A program made the position numbers and the translations under genes. A stretch of 64,000 nucleotides of DNA from assembly GCA_964016885.1 (NCBI GenBank), contig OZ024751.1, forward strand, positions 13,330,001-13,394,000, written 5' to 3'. Origin of the DNA: Eledone cirrhosa (taxonomy: Eukaryota). This document shows positions 30,282 through 44,195 of this stretch, piece by piece (the first letter of the stretch is position 1; each line of letters starts with the position of its first letter). Under the pieces are notes generated by a model. The model ran no database searches. It worked only from the letters and a program-made list of their open reading frames with translations, and had not been told where the DNA came from.

Positions 30282-30717
30282 GGTTTGTTGGTTGACCACT
30301 GGATAGAAATGGTCATTCCGTATGGTCAATCTTGATGCAATATTATGGAGAGTACTCAACGTAGTGCAGTTCACCCGTCTTCGTTTGTGTAGTTGGTGGT
30401 GATAATACGGAGTTAATTATTATAAATAAAATAACAGGAGGCTGGACGGGTGTAAATCCTTGAAAAGTTTATTATACTATGATCATTTCAATGACCGGGT
30501 TCCGTATGAATCCGGTGATATCATCAGGTATTCACTTGAGGTCAGTCGTCCTCTCTGTCTCTGATTTTCGGACCCATGGATTTTATATATTCCTTTGTTA
30601 TATTTCGAATACCTGATGATATCACCGGATTCATATGGAACCCGGTCATTGAAATGATCATAGTATAATAAACTTTTCAACGATTTACACCAGTCCAAAC
30701 TCCTGTTATTTTATTTA

Positions 30718-30721
<4 letters not shown>
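30279..30721. mobile_element. HHR fold-back element family C (arms 30419-30533 and 30607-30721)
   Basis: atac CTGATGA (30613) tatcaccgg..ccggtcatt GAAA (30651) tgatca TA gtat; mirror copy on minus at 30486-30527. Confidence 0.85.
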
Positions 30722-30774
<53 letters not shown>

Positions 30775-30775
<1 letters not shown>

Positions 30776-31596
30776 GATCTAGATCTAACCATCAATATAT
30801 ATATATTAAATTAAACAACGTTCAACACTCACTAAAATGGGATATCGTGGCTAGGGCCCAACCGTTCAATGGACGAAGAAAATCTTGTGATCTCTGTATT
30901 ACGGAAGCATATTACATAACTCTATCACGACTCTACCGATTAACGATAGAACGGAGGTAACCATTAGCTGTCAACATCGAAGAGCTAATTCCTTCGCCAA
31001 TAGAGTTTTTGACCCAACTTAGTCATGTAGCCCCATTTTTACTTGTAGCTAATAAGTTAAATTGCTATGAACAACTCGATAATTATAAGTTACCTCCCCT
31101 ACATTGTCTCTCAATTAAAAAATTTAAAAATTAGCACTTAACTATAAACACTCTAAATTTCTAATCTCTCGAGAAGTTACTTCCCCTGAAACCATCCTCT
31201 AATTAGTAAGGTAAATATGCACTTTGGCAGCCATCTTGTTACCCATAGGCAGATCTCACACAATGCAGCCTCGACAGATGAATACTGCTTGATTATGGCT
31301 GACAACTGATGCAACCAAGACACCATAGTAAAAACCAATATATGGAACATTATATTATGTAACATTATCCCATTATTTTAATTTATATTCCTTTGAAGTT
31401 CCGATGAGCCACTCTGTTTTTTAAATATGTTAATTATTTTCAACTGAACCAGATCAATTATGTGTGTGTGTGTGAAACTATTATTGTGTATGTATGACTA
31501 TAACTGTATGTGTGTGTATATGTGCATATAAGTGGGGTGGTATTCTCACGAGCTATCTGCCTTTCTATTTGTTTAACTCTGTAGTTAACGTTCAGT
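30775..31596 (+). mobile_element. 5'-truncated Penelope-like element: endonuclease C-terminus, 3' UTR and degenerate HHR
   Basis: 30808-31022 reads KLNNVQHSLKWDIVARAQPFNGRRKSCDLCITEAYYI (frameshift) INDRTEVTISCQHRR...*; ccgatgag 31401 ... GAAA 31474; (TA)n on both sides. Confidence 0.75.
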
Positions 31597-31604
31597 CTAT
31601 ATAT

Positions 31605-31785
31605 ATGTCTCTGTCTGTCTGTCTGTCTGTCAGTCAGTCTGTCTCTCAGTATGTCTGTCTGTCGATATGTCTGTCTGTCTGTCAGTCTCTCAGTCTGTCT
31701 GTCTGTCCGTCAGTCTGTCTCTCAGTATGTCTGTCTGTCGATATGTCTGTCTGTCAGTCTCTCAGTCTGTCTGTCTGTCTGTCTG
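31605..31785. repeat. (TCTG)n-based repeat
   Basis: Direct. Confidence 0.9.
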
Positions 31786-31856
31786 GGTTTTGGTATTCAT
31801 TCATTAGAAATTCAACCCTTTCTTAGGATACCCCCCCTCCCACAGTCCTGCGTAAG

Positions 31857-31928
<72 letters not shown>

Positions 31929-32242
31929 CAATGTAACACCATTCAGAATGAATGGCACCTCCTTGTGTCTAGCACCTATCCACCCTTGTAGTAATCTATC
32001 CAGTACAGCACTCCCTTCTCCTCCCCCAACATCTCATTAGACACAACAAGTCTTCTCAATGACTTTCTAGACTAACACCCCCCCCCCCCCATTAAACCCC
32101 CAAGCCACACTACATATCTTTATTTACTCTGCGAAACATCTCAATCTATGTCTGCTAAGCGCGAAACAAAAATCATTCTTTAACTTATATTAATTCTTCT
32201 CTTTCTTCATCTATATTTTTTTCTTATCTAGTTATTTGTCTG

Positions 32243-32276
<34 letters not shown>

Positions 32277-32541
32277 CATCTCTCTATCTACCCCCCCCCC
32301 CCCCATCTCTCTCTCTCCCTCTATGTATGTATATGTATGTATATATATATATTTATATACTCTCAAGCGTGAAACTAATACTAATATCATTTGTACTGCT
32401 TCTCTTTTTTTTGTTCTCTGTTCATTTATTAAACTATATATATATATATCCATCTATCTACTTCTCCCCCTCTCACCCTCTTTCTCTCTCTCTTTCTCTC
32501 TATATATATATATATATATATCCATCTATCTACTTCTCCCC

Positions 32542-32651
<110 letters not shown>

Positions 32652-32682
32652 TATTTATATATATATATAAGTAGATAGATGG

Positions 32683-32715
<33 letters not shown>

Positions 32716-33360
32716 TATATAAGAACAAAGTGGAGATGTTACATAGGAGATTTATTGCTCAATCCTGGTTACAAATGTTTCTCAAGCAGCTGGCTTGTGA
32801 TCAGCGATGGCACCCCCATACCAGACCAGACTCTAAGATTGCCTGATCCTCAGACCAGTGTTAATACAACAAAAATCATATCAAATCTGTGGACGAACCA
32901 GCAAAAATACAAACCCCTCTATCCCTTTGCCTTTCTGTCTATTTAGCTATTTATATATCTATCTATCTAATCAATATATCTATGTACCAATTAATTTATC
33001 TATCTATATTTCCATCAATTACACGCTGGCAAATACAAACACACAGGCACACACATATCACCCCCTCACACACACACACACACACACACACACGTACACA
33101 CATGCCAATTACATCGTAGAAAAAGAATGTTAGCCGATAAATTACAAATAGGTAGTGGGGTGAGAAGATCGATGAAAATACCTCCGAAAGGTGAAGTAAA
33201 ATCACAGATTCACAATGTCAGACTATAAAGACGGGATGGTCATGGCAAGAACGCCTGTGATACTAAGTTTGTTGGTTCAACATGAACATTACATCAAAGA
33301 CGTGTGTTAGTGTTAGCTGCATAAATTTCATCTTTAAGAACTTTTAAATACATGAAAGTT

Positions 33361-34320
33361 GGGCATGTGGTTAGAATGTCCCAGGAAAGAGTCACTGGAT
33401 AGATTTGTAGCTCAGAGATGAGAGAGTCACTCCAGGTAGAGCTGCTACTTCTCTGAATTCAGAGATCACAACTCCGATATTATGGTCATGTGGTTAGAAT
33501 GTCCCAGGAAAGAGTCACTGGGCAGATTTGTAGCTCAGAGATGAGAGAGTCACTCCGGGTAGAGCTGCTACTTCTCTGAATTCAGAGATCACAACTCCGA
33601 TACTATGGTCATGTGGTTAGAATGTCCCAGGAAAGAGTCACTGGGCAGATTTGTAGCTCAGAGATGAGAGAGTCACTCCGGGTAGAGCTGCTACTTCTCT
33701 GAATTCAGAGATCACAACTCCGATACTATGGTCATGTGGCTAGAATGTCCCAGGAAAGAGTCACTGGGCAGATTTGTAGCTCAGAGATGAGAGAGTCACT
33801 CCGGGTAGAGCTGCTACTTCTCTGAATTCAGAGATCACAACTCCGATACTATGGTCATGTGGTTAGAATGTCCCAGGAAAGAGTCAGTGGGCAGATTTGT
33901 AGCTCAGAGATGAGAGAGTCACTCCGGGTAGAGCTGCTACTTCTCTGAATTCAGAGATCACAACTCCGATACTATGGTCATGTGGCTAGAATGTCCCAGG
34001 AAAGAGTCACTGGGCAGATTTGTAGCTCAGAGATGAGAGAGTCACTCCGGGTAGAGCTGCTACTTCTCTGAATTCAGAGATCACAACTCCGATATTATGG
34101 TCATGTGGTTAGAATGTCCCAGGAAAGAATCGCTGGACGGATTTTGCGGGCAATGACAACCGCCAGGAGACCCAGAGGTAGAACCCGAGCAAGATGGTTG
34201 GATAACATCCATGAACTTGGCTGGTCTCACTTGGGTATCCAGCCGGATCAGTTGGAGACGGTTGCTTCTGACAGGAGTGTTTGAGGACTCTGCCTTCACG
34301 ACCCTCCCAGGAATAAGTGA
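33361..34320 (+). mobile_element. Rex3/Expander-like RTE LINE 3' end with six tandem 123-bp units
   Basis: Units start 33361, 33484, 33607, 33730, 33853, 33976; final part reads RSQLRYYGHVVRMSQERIAGRILRAMTTARRPRGRTRARWLDNIHELGW; followed by (AAAAAG)n. Confidence 0.9.
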
Positions 34321-35130
34321 GAGAAGATAAAAGAAGAAAAAGAAAAAGAAAAAGAAAAAGAAAACGAAAAAGAAAAAGAAAAAGAAAAAGAAAAAAGAAA
34401 AAAACAAGAAAAGAAAAAACGAAGAAAAAAGAAAAAAAAGAAAAAAAAAGAAGAAAAATAGAAGAAGAAGATGATCTTTCATCAATGTTTCATATAGTGT
34501 AGATATAGCAAGTGCCTGGATAACTGAAATGTTGGTTAGTTAAAATATCCACCCCCAATTGACCTCTAAAACAGATGTATGTGTCCACCCACCCCACGTC
34601 GCCCTACCCCTTCTTTGGTTATTTGACTCCGCAAGTAAATTATAAGAAGATCTGCTATATGCTACACACCAGTAGATAAGGATTATGTCGGACAAGTTTC
34701 AGCAGACCTTCTGGTTGACCCTTTAAATAAAAATTAAATACCACTAATTCTACAGAGCGGGGAAACACGTGCGTATGTATGTAATCCTCTCCAGGTGGCT
34801 ATGATGAGAGACATAGACAGACAATGGAGGCTATAACAGAGCTGCCACGTTAGAAAATCTGAGAAGCAGAACAGGGGAAGAGAACAAATTATTGTAATGA
34901 AAGATAAGATTGCCTCTTGCTGTGTTTAATTTTGTAAATAATTCTATGGAAAATATCTCACAAGGCTCTATCGTTTAGTTATTATAATCTCCATTTTATT
35001 TTAATATCAACAAAAGGCCAACAATTTGGAAAAGAAAAGTTGATTATATCCACTCAGTATGTAACTGGTACTCTACTTTGCCAACATCGGTTGGACATAT
35101 ATATGTATATATTTACACATATATACATAC

Positions 35131-35161
<31 letters not shown>

Positions 35162-35190
35162 CACAAATATATATACATATATATATATAT

Positions 35191-35221
<31 letters not shown>

Positions 35222-35247
35222 AATATATATACATATATATATATATT

Positions 35248-35428
<181 letters not shown>

Positions 35429-35460
35429 ATATACATATATATATACATATATATATATAC

Positions 35461-35672
35461 ATAAAATTTTATCTGACGAGGACGTACTGAAAAAACAGCA
35501 CAGTACCTTCGAAATATATATAATAAAACATATATTTTGATTATGTGAATGTCTTCATTTATTAATATTTTGAATAATATTATTAACTCCAGAAAAATTC
35601 TTTGTAGAGTGCTTTTAATCTATTGTAAAACTATATTCATTGAGTAATCAATGAACCATATTAATCTTTGGT
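35461..35672 (+). mobile_element. HHR element family G in (TA)n
   Basis: ttttat CTGACGA (35473) ggacgtactg..cagtaccttc GAAA (35511) tatata TA ataaaa; ACTCC 35586 ... gtaGAGTgct. Confidence 0.8.
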
Positions 35673-35706
<34 letters not shown>

Positions 35707-35732
35707 AATATATATGCATGTATATATATAGG

Positions 35733-36165
35733 AGCTCTTAAGAGTCAATGGCCATCCAAAATCACCGGGAGAGATGACCCCTTTAGCCTTAGTCAAGGCA
35801 GAATTCTAGGAGAAGGAAAACTCTGATATAACACCTGCAACCCTGATGGTATCCAATGATGTTGACTTGTTCTTCTTTTTGGTAAATAGCATCTTGGTTA
35901 AGAGAGTGGGACTGGCTTTGTGCAGTGCCTTTGCTCACTATAAAAGCTTCACGGCACAGGCATTGCTTTATATCTGGAGATCTCTCTGCACTTGTCCTCA
36001 CATGGGCCCAGCACTATGTGTCAATAATTGTCCTACCATGGGCCTAGCACTATGTGTCAATAATTGTCACAGGTGTAGTGTTTGTACCAGAGGTTTCAAG
36101 TCGCTGGCTGGACTAAAAAGTCACACTCGTTCAGCGCTTCGGTAGGGGTTATCATACATGGATGT
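35733..36165 (+). mobile_element. Probable internally deleted (bipartite) RTE-derived element
   Basis: 5'-UTR-like ctaggagaaggaaaactctga (35806) and terminal C2H2-like HRCSVCTRGFKSLAGLKSHTR within about 430 bp. Confidence 0.55.
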
Positions 36166-36204
36166 AAAGTAGTGGCCGTACTCGAAAACGAGTTGGCAGC
36201 CACC

Positions 36205-36391
36205 ATTTATATAAATATGTATACGTACATACATATACGGTGCTGATGACAGCTAATAAGCTAGAAAGAAGTTCATCGCACTTTGTCAGTGTTGAACAAA
36301 ATGGCAACGATGGTTGCCGAACACTGTACGGCTTAATTCGGGCTGTTTGTTTACAAACAAACCGAGCATTATAATAAATGCTTGGTAAACC

Positions 36392-36424
<33 letters not shown>

Positions 36425-36973
36425 GTGTGCATGTATGTATGTATATACATACTACTGTACGTCTGTATACATATATGTATGTACGAATACATACTTATAT
36501 TTAAGTAACAGCCGTACTAAGAGTGAGAAATGAAATTTCATTTTTTCCATTTATCGTTTTCGGTACACCCGGCCGACTAACTCACTCGATATGCAAATTA
36601 GGCTGCTCGGTCGTTAATATGCATAAGAAAAGTATATACTTTCAAACGTTCAATCATCTGACAGGAAGGTATACGGTGCTGATGACAGCTAATAAGCTAG
36701 AAACTAGTTCATCGTTCCTTTGTCGGTGTTGAACAAAATGGCAACGATGGTTGCCGAACACTGTACGGCTTAATTCGGGATGTTTGTTTACAAACAAACC
36801 GGGCATTATAATAAATGTTCTGTAAACCCATACATACATATATATGTGTGCATGTATGTATGTATATACATACTACTGTACGTCTGTATACATATATGTA
36901 TGTACGTATACATACTTATATTTAAGTAACACCCGTACTAAGAGTGAGAAATGAAATTTCATTTTTTCCATTT
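36205..36973 (+). mobile_element. Retrozyme-like tandem element family E (436-bp monomer, about 1.7 units, short inverted 5' piece)
   Basis: HHR cores at 36243 and 36679 (436 bp apart); second unit repeats the first until (TA)n. Confidence 0.85.
36673..36715 (+). ncRNA. Minimal type I hammerhead ribozyme, apparently intact
   Basis: acggtg CTGATGA c agct aata agct a GAAA ctag TT / catcgt: 6-bp stem I, 4-bp stem II, palindromic CTAG loop, GUU site. Confidence 0.8.
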
Positions 36974-37257
36974 ATATATATATATATATACATATAGACA
37001 CACAGACACAAATATATATATATATATAGACACACACATACATATACACACACACACATATATATATATATACACACACCCATATATATATACATATATA
37101 TATATTCCTTTACATATATTTGTGGTGTTAACTATTTTCTTTACGTTTCACAGCAATGCTAAAATTGTTAAAAACAAAATGTATACCTTAAATTCAAATG
37201 AACACACACACTTATCTGTGTGTATGAATAGCTGGATGGATATGTGTGTGTGTATAT

Positions 37258-37289
<32 letters not shown>

Positions 37290-37686
37290 GGTGGGTGTGT
37301 AGGTGGGTGTGTGGGTGTGTGTGTGTGGGTGGGTGTGTGGGTGGGTGGGTGCGGGTGGGTGGGGTGTGGGGGGGGGGGGGGGTTGTGTGTGTGTGCATAG
37401 ATATATGATATATCTATGTAAATATACTTATATGTGCATATAAGTCCACTCATGCATACTCACATAAACTACACACATATCTATATATATAAATACATAT
37501 ACATACATACACACACACGTATATATACATACATATACCCACACATATATACAGACATACACACATTTATATACATACATACACACACACACACACATAT
37601 ATATATACATACACACACACATATATATACATACATATACACACACATATATACAGACATACACACATTTATATACATACATACAA

Positions 37687-37719
<33 letters not shown>

Positions 37720-37722
37720 CAT

Positions 37723-37760
<38 letters not shown>

Positions 37761-38189
37761 ACATAGACATACATACACGCACATATACATACATACCCAT
37801 ATATAAACACACACACACACACACACACACACTTAAGTCATCCTCTCTTTCTTTGATCTGATAACATTATTTTGAATAAGAGACTAGTTTTGGCCGCCAG
37901 ACGCTGGCTAAAGAGAAAGCACTCGGTAACACAGCACCCTCACCTTCCCCACCTCTACCGTCACCAACAACACTATAACACCACCACCACCAACAACACT
38001 GTCACCTTCCCCCCCCCCACCACCACCGTCATCAACAACACTATAACACCACCACCATCACCACCAACTCACTGACAACAACACCACCCCCACCACCACA
38101 TTAATAGCAATACCACCAACACCACCACCACACTACTAATAACAACGCTCTGTAGTGACACCACAATCAACATCAACATAAGCACTATC

Positions 38190-39870
38190 AATGCCAACAC
38201 CACAACCACCAACAATACTAAAGACGCCGCCGCCAACACCACCAACATTAACACCAACATCACAACAACCACCACCACCAACACCAACATCACAACAACC
38301 ACCAACATCACAACAACCACCACCACCAACATCACAACAACCACCACCACCACCAACATCACAACAACCACCACCACCACCAACATCACAACAACCACCA
38401 CCACCACCAACATCACAACAACCACCACCACCACCAACATCACAACAACCACCACCAACACCAGCATCACAACTACCACCACCACCACCACCAACACCAC
38501 AACTACCAACACCAACATCACAACTACCACCACCACCACCAACATTAACACCAACATCACAACAACCACCACCACCACCATCACCAACATCACAACTACC
38601 ACCACCACCAACACCAACATCACAACAACCACCAACATCACAACAACCACCACTACCACCACCACCACCAACATCACAACTACCACCACCACCACCAACA
38701 CCAACATCACAACAACCACCAACATCACAACAACCACCACCACCACCACCAACATCACAACAACCACCACCACCACCAACATCACAACAACCACCACCAA
38801 CACCAGCATCACAACTACCACCACCACCAACACCACAACTACCAACACCAACATCACAACTACCACCACCACCACCAACATTAACACCAACATCACAACA
38901 ACCACCACCACCACCAACATCACAACTACCACCACCACCAACACCAACATCACAACAACCACCAACATCACAACAACCACCACCACCAACATCACAACAA
39001 CCACCACCACCACCAACATCACAACAACCACCACCACCACCAACATCACAACAACCACCACCAACACCAGCATCACAACTACCACCACCACCACCACCAA
39101 CACCACAACTACCAACACCAACATCACAACTACCACCACCACCAACATCACAACTACCACCACCACTACCAACACTAACATCACAACAACCACCAACACC
39201 ACAACTACCACCAACACCACAACTACCACCACCAACAACACAACTACCACCACCACCAACAACACAACTACCACCAACACCACAACTACCAGCACCAACA
39301 TCACAACTACCACCACCACCAACATCACAACTACCACCACCACTACCAACACTAACATCACAACAACCACCACCACCAACACCACAACTACCACCAACAC
39401 CACAACTACCACCACCAACAACACAACTACCACCACCACCAACACCACAACTACCACCAACACCACAACTACCACCACCAACAACACAACTACCACCACC
39501 ACCAACAACACAACTACCACCAACACCACAACTACCAACACCAACATCACAACTACCACCACCACCAACATCACAACTACCACCACCACTACCAACACTA
39601 ACATCACAACAACCACCACCACCAACACCACAACTACCACCAACACCACAACTACCACCACCAACAACACAACTACCACCACCACCAACAACACAACTAC
39701 CACCAACACCACAACTACCAGCACCAACATCACAACTACCACCACCAACACCACAACTACCACCAACAACACAACTACCACCAACACCACAACTACCAGC
39801 ACCAACATCACAACTACCACCAACAACACCACAACTACCACCACCACCACCAACATTAGCACCACCCTCA
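38190..39870. repeat. (CCA/CAA)-based minisatellite (ccaacatcacaacaaccacca variants)
   Basis: Direct; triplet-phased units. Confidence 0.95.
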
Positions 39871-40079
39871 CAACTACCACCAAGACTATATGTATTACTA
39901 ACACCACTAAAGTGAGCACCAACACTAACATCAAAGACCCCCCCCCCCAACCACCAACAATACCAGCACGCCGCCACCAACACTACCCCCCCCCCCACAT
40001 ATGGTAGAATAAACAACACGCTTGATTCCACTTACCCTTTTTAGTACTTCCACCTCTACAACTACCTCCTTCAAGATTG

Positions 40080-41280
40080 CACCACCACCACCACCACCAC
40101 CACCACTACCATTACCACTAACATCACCACCGCCACTAACACCACCACCATCACCACTATCATCACCACCACCACCACCACTACCATTACCACTAACATC
40201 ACCACCACCACCACAATCACCACTATCATCACCACCACTACCACTACCATTACCACTATCATCCCCACCATCACCACTATCATCACCACCACCACTACCA
40301 TTACCACTAACATCACCACCACTAACACCATCACCACCATTACCAGAAACATCACCACCACCACCACACTATTGTCACCACTAGCATTATCCCCACTAAC
40401 ACCACCACCATTACCACTAACACCACAATCACCACTGCCACCGCCGCCGCCATCACTACTGCCACCGCCGCCACCACCACCATCACCACTGCCACTATTA
40501 CCACTAACACCACCGACATCAACACCATCACCACTGTCACCATCATTACCACCACCACCACCACCACCGTCACAACACTACCACCACCATCACCACTGCC
40601 ACTATTACCACTAACACCACCACCATCACCACTGTCACCATCATTACCACCACCACCACCACCACCGTCACAACACTACCACCACCATCAACACCATCAC
40701 CACTGTCACCATCATTACCACCACCACCACCACCATCGTCACAACACTACCACCACCATCACCACTGCCACTATTACCACTAACACCACCACCATCAACA
40801 CCATCACCACTGTCACCATCATTACCACCACCACCACCACCACCACCGTCACAACACTACCACCACCATCACCACTGCCACTATTACCACTAACACCACC
40901 ACCATCAACACCATCACCACTGTCACCATCATTACCACCACCACCACCACCACCACCGTCACAACACTACCACCACCATCACCACTGCCACTATTACCAC
41001 TAACACCACCACCATCAACACCATCACCACTGTCACCATCATTACCACCACCACCACCACCACCGTCACAACACTACCACCACCATCACCACTGCCACTA
41101 TTACCAGTAACACCACCGACATCAACACCATCACCACTGTCACCACTAACACCACCACCATCAACACCATCACCATTGTCACCATCATTACCACCACCAC
41201 CACCACCACCGTCACAACACTACCACTACCACCACCAACAACAACACTACCACCTTCAGCGCCATCACCAACAGCAACAA
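40080..41280. repeat. (CAC)-based repeat with about 115-120-bp higher-order unit
   Basis: Lines 40801-40920 repeat at 40921-41040. Confidence 0.9.
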
Positions 41281-41785
41281 CACTACCAACGACGCCACTA
41301 TCACTAATGAAGCTCTACTTGGTCATTCAACCTGCTAGAAATCGCAGCCAAATATACTTCAAATCACCGTTTTAATACATTAGATAATAGCATCCTAGAT
41401 ATACTGTATCTGACATACAGAACAAAATGAACAATACAATAAAGACATGTTGGTCACGACTGGAATGTCTTTAACCAGAGGTACGCTTGTTGATAACTCA
41501 CTTGAGCCCAAACAACAACAACTATAACAACACCATCAGCCACATTAACAAGACTGACAACATTAATGCATCTTCCAGCGCGTCTCACCCACTATCATCC
41601 GAAGAAACACCTCTATTCTATCTGCCGGGGTCGCGTGGCGGTCAGCGTGTGCCCCCCCCACCCCACCCCTTCCCCCAAATGCTCATAATACTGAGAGATG
41701 GGGAAAGCGGGAAAGACGGAGATAGTGGAAGTGGGAGTTTGGTTCCTTTGTGTTCGGACCTGGTGTATATGTATATATTTCTCTA

Positions 41786-41888
41786 TGTGTGAATCTGGGA
41801 GGGGAATATGTTGGGTAAAATCATAATTAACTGGTCCCCTTGTATTTTCTTTTACCCAAAACCAGGGACTTTTCAACACCCCCTCGTA
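41786..41888 (+). mobile_element. Mariner right-end fragment (same family as 16362)
   Basis: gaggggaatatgttg...ttttcttttaccc...gacttttcaacaccccctcgta. Confidence 0.75.
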
Positions 41889-42561
41889 CTATACTTAATT
41901 ACATAAATATTTCACATTAAAATATAAATTCAAAACGAAAGAAAATACATGTTTACGACTGCAGGAAAAGTAACATGAGGGATATTCACCTGTTGTTTCT
42001 GCAGGTCGAGAAAGAACAACTTGAATGAATGGTAAACCTAATCCGTCTCCGAGATCAGGGGATCACCATCAGGTCTCGACTGCCTTCAACGGAGTTTACT
42101 TTATTACAAATATTTAGACTAGGTATCGTGCTTGAAAAGCTTCAATAGTTTTTCCTGTTAGACTCAGCGGCAAAGCAAAATATATTCTGAATCATGGACA
42201 GTATTTAACACCATCCCCTTCTTTCTTCCTGACTATATTCAGCCTTTCTTCAGTCACAATTAATCATGGATTTGCAGCTGAAAATTTACTCCCCAAGACG
42301 CAGCACTTGACAATATGCTTTGTGAGAAGACTAGTAGTCACCTATGCTTACAAGTCTCCCGGCTCTACGCTACACTTGTATCGTAGGAACTCATATTTTC
42401 CCCGCTGGGTGGACTAGAGCAACGAGAAATAAAGCATTTTACACAAACATACAACGCGTTACTTATTACTGAGTGCAGAGGTGAAACACCAAAGTAAAGA
42501 CTCGCTATTTAGCCATAATAAATGAACACTTACATACTACATCGGTATTGAGTAGACTCAA

Positions 42562-42782
42562 GATTTAGACACAGGGCCAATAATTTTGGAGGAGGGTAAA
42601 GTAGATTAAACTGACACCAGTGCATGACTGGTACTTTATTTTATTGACCCCGTAAGGATGAAAAGCAAAGTTAACCTTGGCGGGATTTGAACTCAGAATG
42701 GCGAGATTTGAACTTAGACCGTAAAGGACCGTAACTATATACCGTAAAACATGTTGTCCGACGCTCTACCGATGCTGCCAAA
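42562..42782 (-). mobile_element. S1-related SINE with duplicated B-box segment
   Basis: ggcgggatttgaactcagaatggcgagatttgaacttaga. Confidence 0.85.
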
Positions 42783-42929
42783 TAACATGAAATCGTGTAA
42801 AGCTTGGTCAGACCACTCTGGCACCTTTGCTTCTTACCCACCCCGGGATTACATTACACATCATCTTCACACTTAGATGACACCATGATTACATACTTTT
42901 ACTCTATCCCTACAAATTATGTATATATT

Positions 42930-43005
<76 letters not shown>

Positions 43006-43098
43006 CATACATACATACATACGTACACACACACACATATACTGTATATATCGATACATATATATATATACACACACACATATACACAGACGTACGTG

Positions 43099-43136
<38 letters not shown>

Positions 43137-43167
43137 TATACATACAGACATATATACACACACACAC

Positions 43168-43198
<31 letters not shown>

Positions 43199-43348
43199 TA
43201 GATAGATTGAGAGATGATAGAGAGATTGAGAGAGATAGATAGATTGAGAGATGATAGAGAGAGAGAGAAAGAGAGAGAGAGACATACATGCATATATATA
43301 CTTACATATATACAGACGTACATATATATACATTGTAACCACACTTCA

Positions 43349-43728
43349 TCCGACCCTACAGCAACCAAACTACCACGGAGAAATCTGACTCCAAGCAAAC
43401 AGATTTAAAGTATCGCCAAACAAATTAGCCTGTCTAGATTTACCATTTACGTATTTCTATTTTTATATAGCAGCAGCCTCAGAGAACATCAAATATAACT
43501 AGCCAGTGCACTTAGTGGATTGGCAGTATCGGTAGAGCGTCGGACAACAAACCTTATGGCATAGGGTTGCGCCCCTTTACGATTTGAGTTCAAATCCTGC
43601 TGAGGTTAGCTTTGCTTTTCATCCTTACAGGGTCGATAAAATAAAGCACCAGTAATGCAATGGGGTCGATTTAATCGACTTTCACCTCTCCCCAAATTGT
43701 TGGCCTTGTGTCTAAATCAGAAACCAAT
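43349..43728 (+). mobile_element. S1-related SINE (43515-43728) with 165-bp 5' extension
   Basis: Homologous to 28352-28731. Confidence 0.85.
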
Positions 43729-43844
43729 ATAAACCGTATTCGACTGTGTATTGCGTGCATTCGCATATAACGTGCATATCTTTTTGATCAGAGTAGTGTC
43801 TGGGAAAGCCTAGTTTTGTTGTATAACATTTAGTTATGGTGTAT

Positions 43845-44194
43845 GCCGCAGCTCGGAGAATCACTCCAGGTAGAGCCGTTACTTCTCCGAATTGAGAGAT
43901 CACAGCTCCAGTACTATGGGCGATCACAGCTCCAGTACTATGGGAGATCACAGCTCCAGTACTATGGGAGATCACAGCTCCAGTACTATGGGCATGTGGT
44001 TAGAATGTTTCAGGAAAGAACCACTGGACAGATTTGTAGCTCAGAGATCAGAAAGTTACCCCAGGTAGAGGAGCTACTTCTTCGAATTGAGAGATTACAG
44101 TTCCGATACTATGGACGTGGTTAGAATGTCTCAGGAAAGAATCACTGGAAAGTCACTCCAGGTAGAGCCGCTACTTCTCTGAATTGAGAGATCA
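43845..44194 (+). mobile_element. Rearranged Rex3/Expander-like RTE fragment
   Basis: ESLQVEPLLLRIERSQLQYYG (24-bp unit x4) HVVRMFQERTTGQICSSEIRK. Confidence 0.85.
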
Positions 44195-44195
44195 T

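Noticed and set aside
41310-41505. Old dispersed repeat (ctgctagaaatcgcagccaaat; related pieces near 24985 and 33230)
   Set aside because: Probably a decayed SINE, but boundaries and family cannot be supported.
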